From Azolla caroliniana (lineage: Eukaryota > Plantae > Polypodiophyta), in the NCBI GenBank assembly GCA_043228905.1, contig JBHGNT010000611.1, positions 1-19,362 on the forward strand: a stretch of 19,362 nucleotides of DNA, given 5' to 3'. The first letter of the stretch is position 1. The number at the start of each line of letters is the position of its first letter. The notes beneath the pieces are model-generated. The model did no database searches, had not been told where the DNA came from, and worked only from the letters and a program-made list of their open reading frames with translations. Positions 18,976 through 19,362 of this stretch are shown piece by piece. Position numbers and translations under genes: made by a program.

Positions 18976-19362
18976 CAGGATCCTCCTGCTTCGACCTACC
19001 ATATCACTAGCCCTATACTCACCTCCATCACACCAGGAGTGGGATTATGCACTTGGGCATTTCAAATCTACTAACCTATGGACGCTTCGTCCATATTGCA
19101 ACGTAGACAGTATGTAACCTCATGATAGCCACCTACACATGTGATGCCATTGAGGTTGTAGAGTGCGTATGGGCCTCGTAAAACGAGGATAAGGTGGTGA
19201 GAAAAGGTTTTTAGGGTGTTGGTTCTCTCCACGAAAACGTTATCGGTGGTTGTGGCCACGAGGGGGTTTAGAATCCATTGCGACCAACATACGGACGACG
19301 ACACGCGTTTTCATTGTGATTACAAGATCCGTCGTCGTTGTGGACGCTGCAACCACCGGAGG

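Larger units (their letters stand above)
1..19362. repeat. Tandem gene array: about 9 head-to-tail copies of a 2161-bp unit (unit 5 is 2136 bp), open at both window edges
   Basis: TTCACACGATGATGAAAATGG recurs at 1, 2162, 4323, 6484, 8645, 10781, 12942, 15103 and 17264. ORFs in the six-frame track recur with identical translations at offsets 0, 2161, 4322, 6483, 8619, 10780, 12941, 15102 and 17263. Confidence 0.99.

Noticed and set aside
1-19362. CRISPR array, rDNA/5S array, non-coding satellite or transgene concatemer
   Set aside because: No short repeat-unique spacer pattern and no rRNA or tRNA motifs. I recognised no vector, marker, 35S or nos sequence. The unit is a coherent native-looking plant gene with its own promoter.

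Overview
The whole window is a head-to-tail tandem array of a 2161-bp unit. It has 8 complete units and a ninth cut off at the window end; unit starts are 1, 2162, 4323, 6484, 8645, 10781, 12942, 15103 and 17264, and the array runs off both edges. Each unit holds one intronless minus-strand gene for an identical 345-aa secreted protein. The protein has a signal peptide, three 52-aa Arg/Glu/Asp-rich repeats, and a C-terminal prolamin-superfamily (2S-albumin-like) domain. That domain keeps 6 of the 8 canonical cysteines; the two missing are C1 and C5, which form one disulfide pair. Each gene has a compact land-plant maturation-type promoter (TATA, two RY CATGCATG boxes, two ABREs, a distal CE3-like motif). 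I read this as a recently amplified or strongly homogenised array of an unusual, very Arg-rich seed or spore storage-protein gene. The only differences I found between copies are in the spacer of unit 5: a net 25-bp deletion and one CpG>CpA change. The host species cannot be determined from the sequence. All counts and alignments were done by eye.
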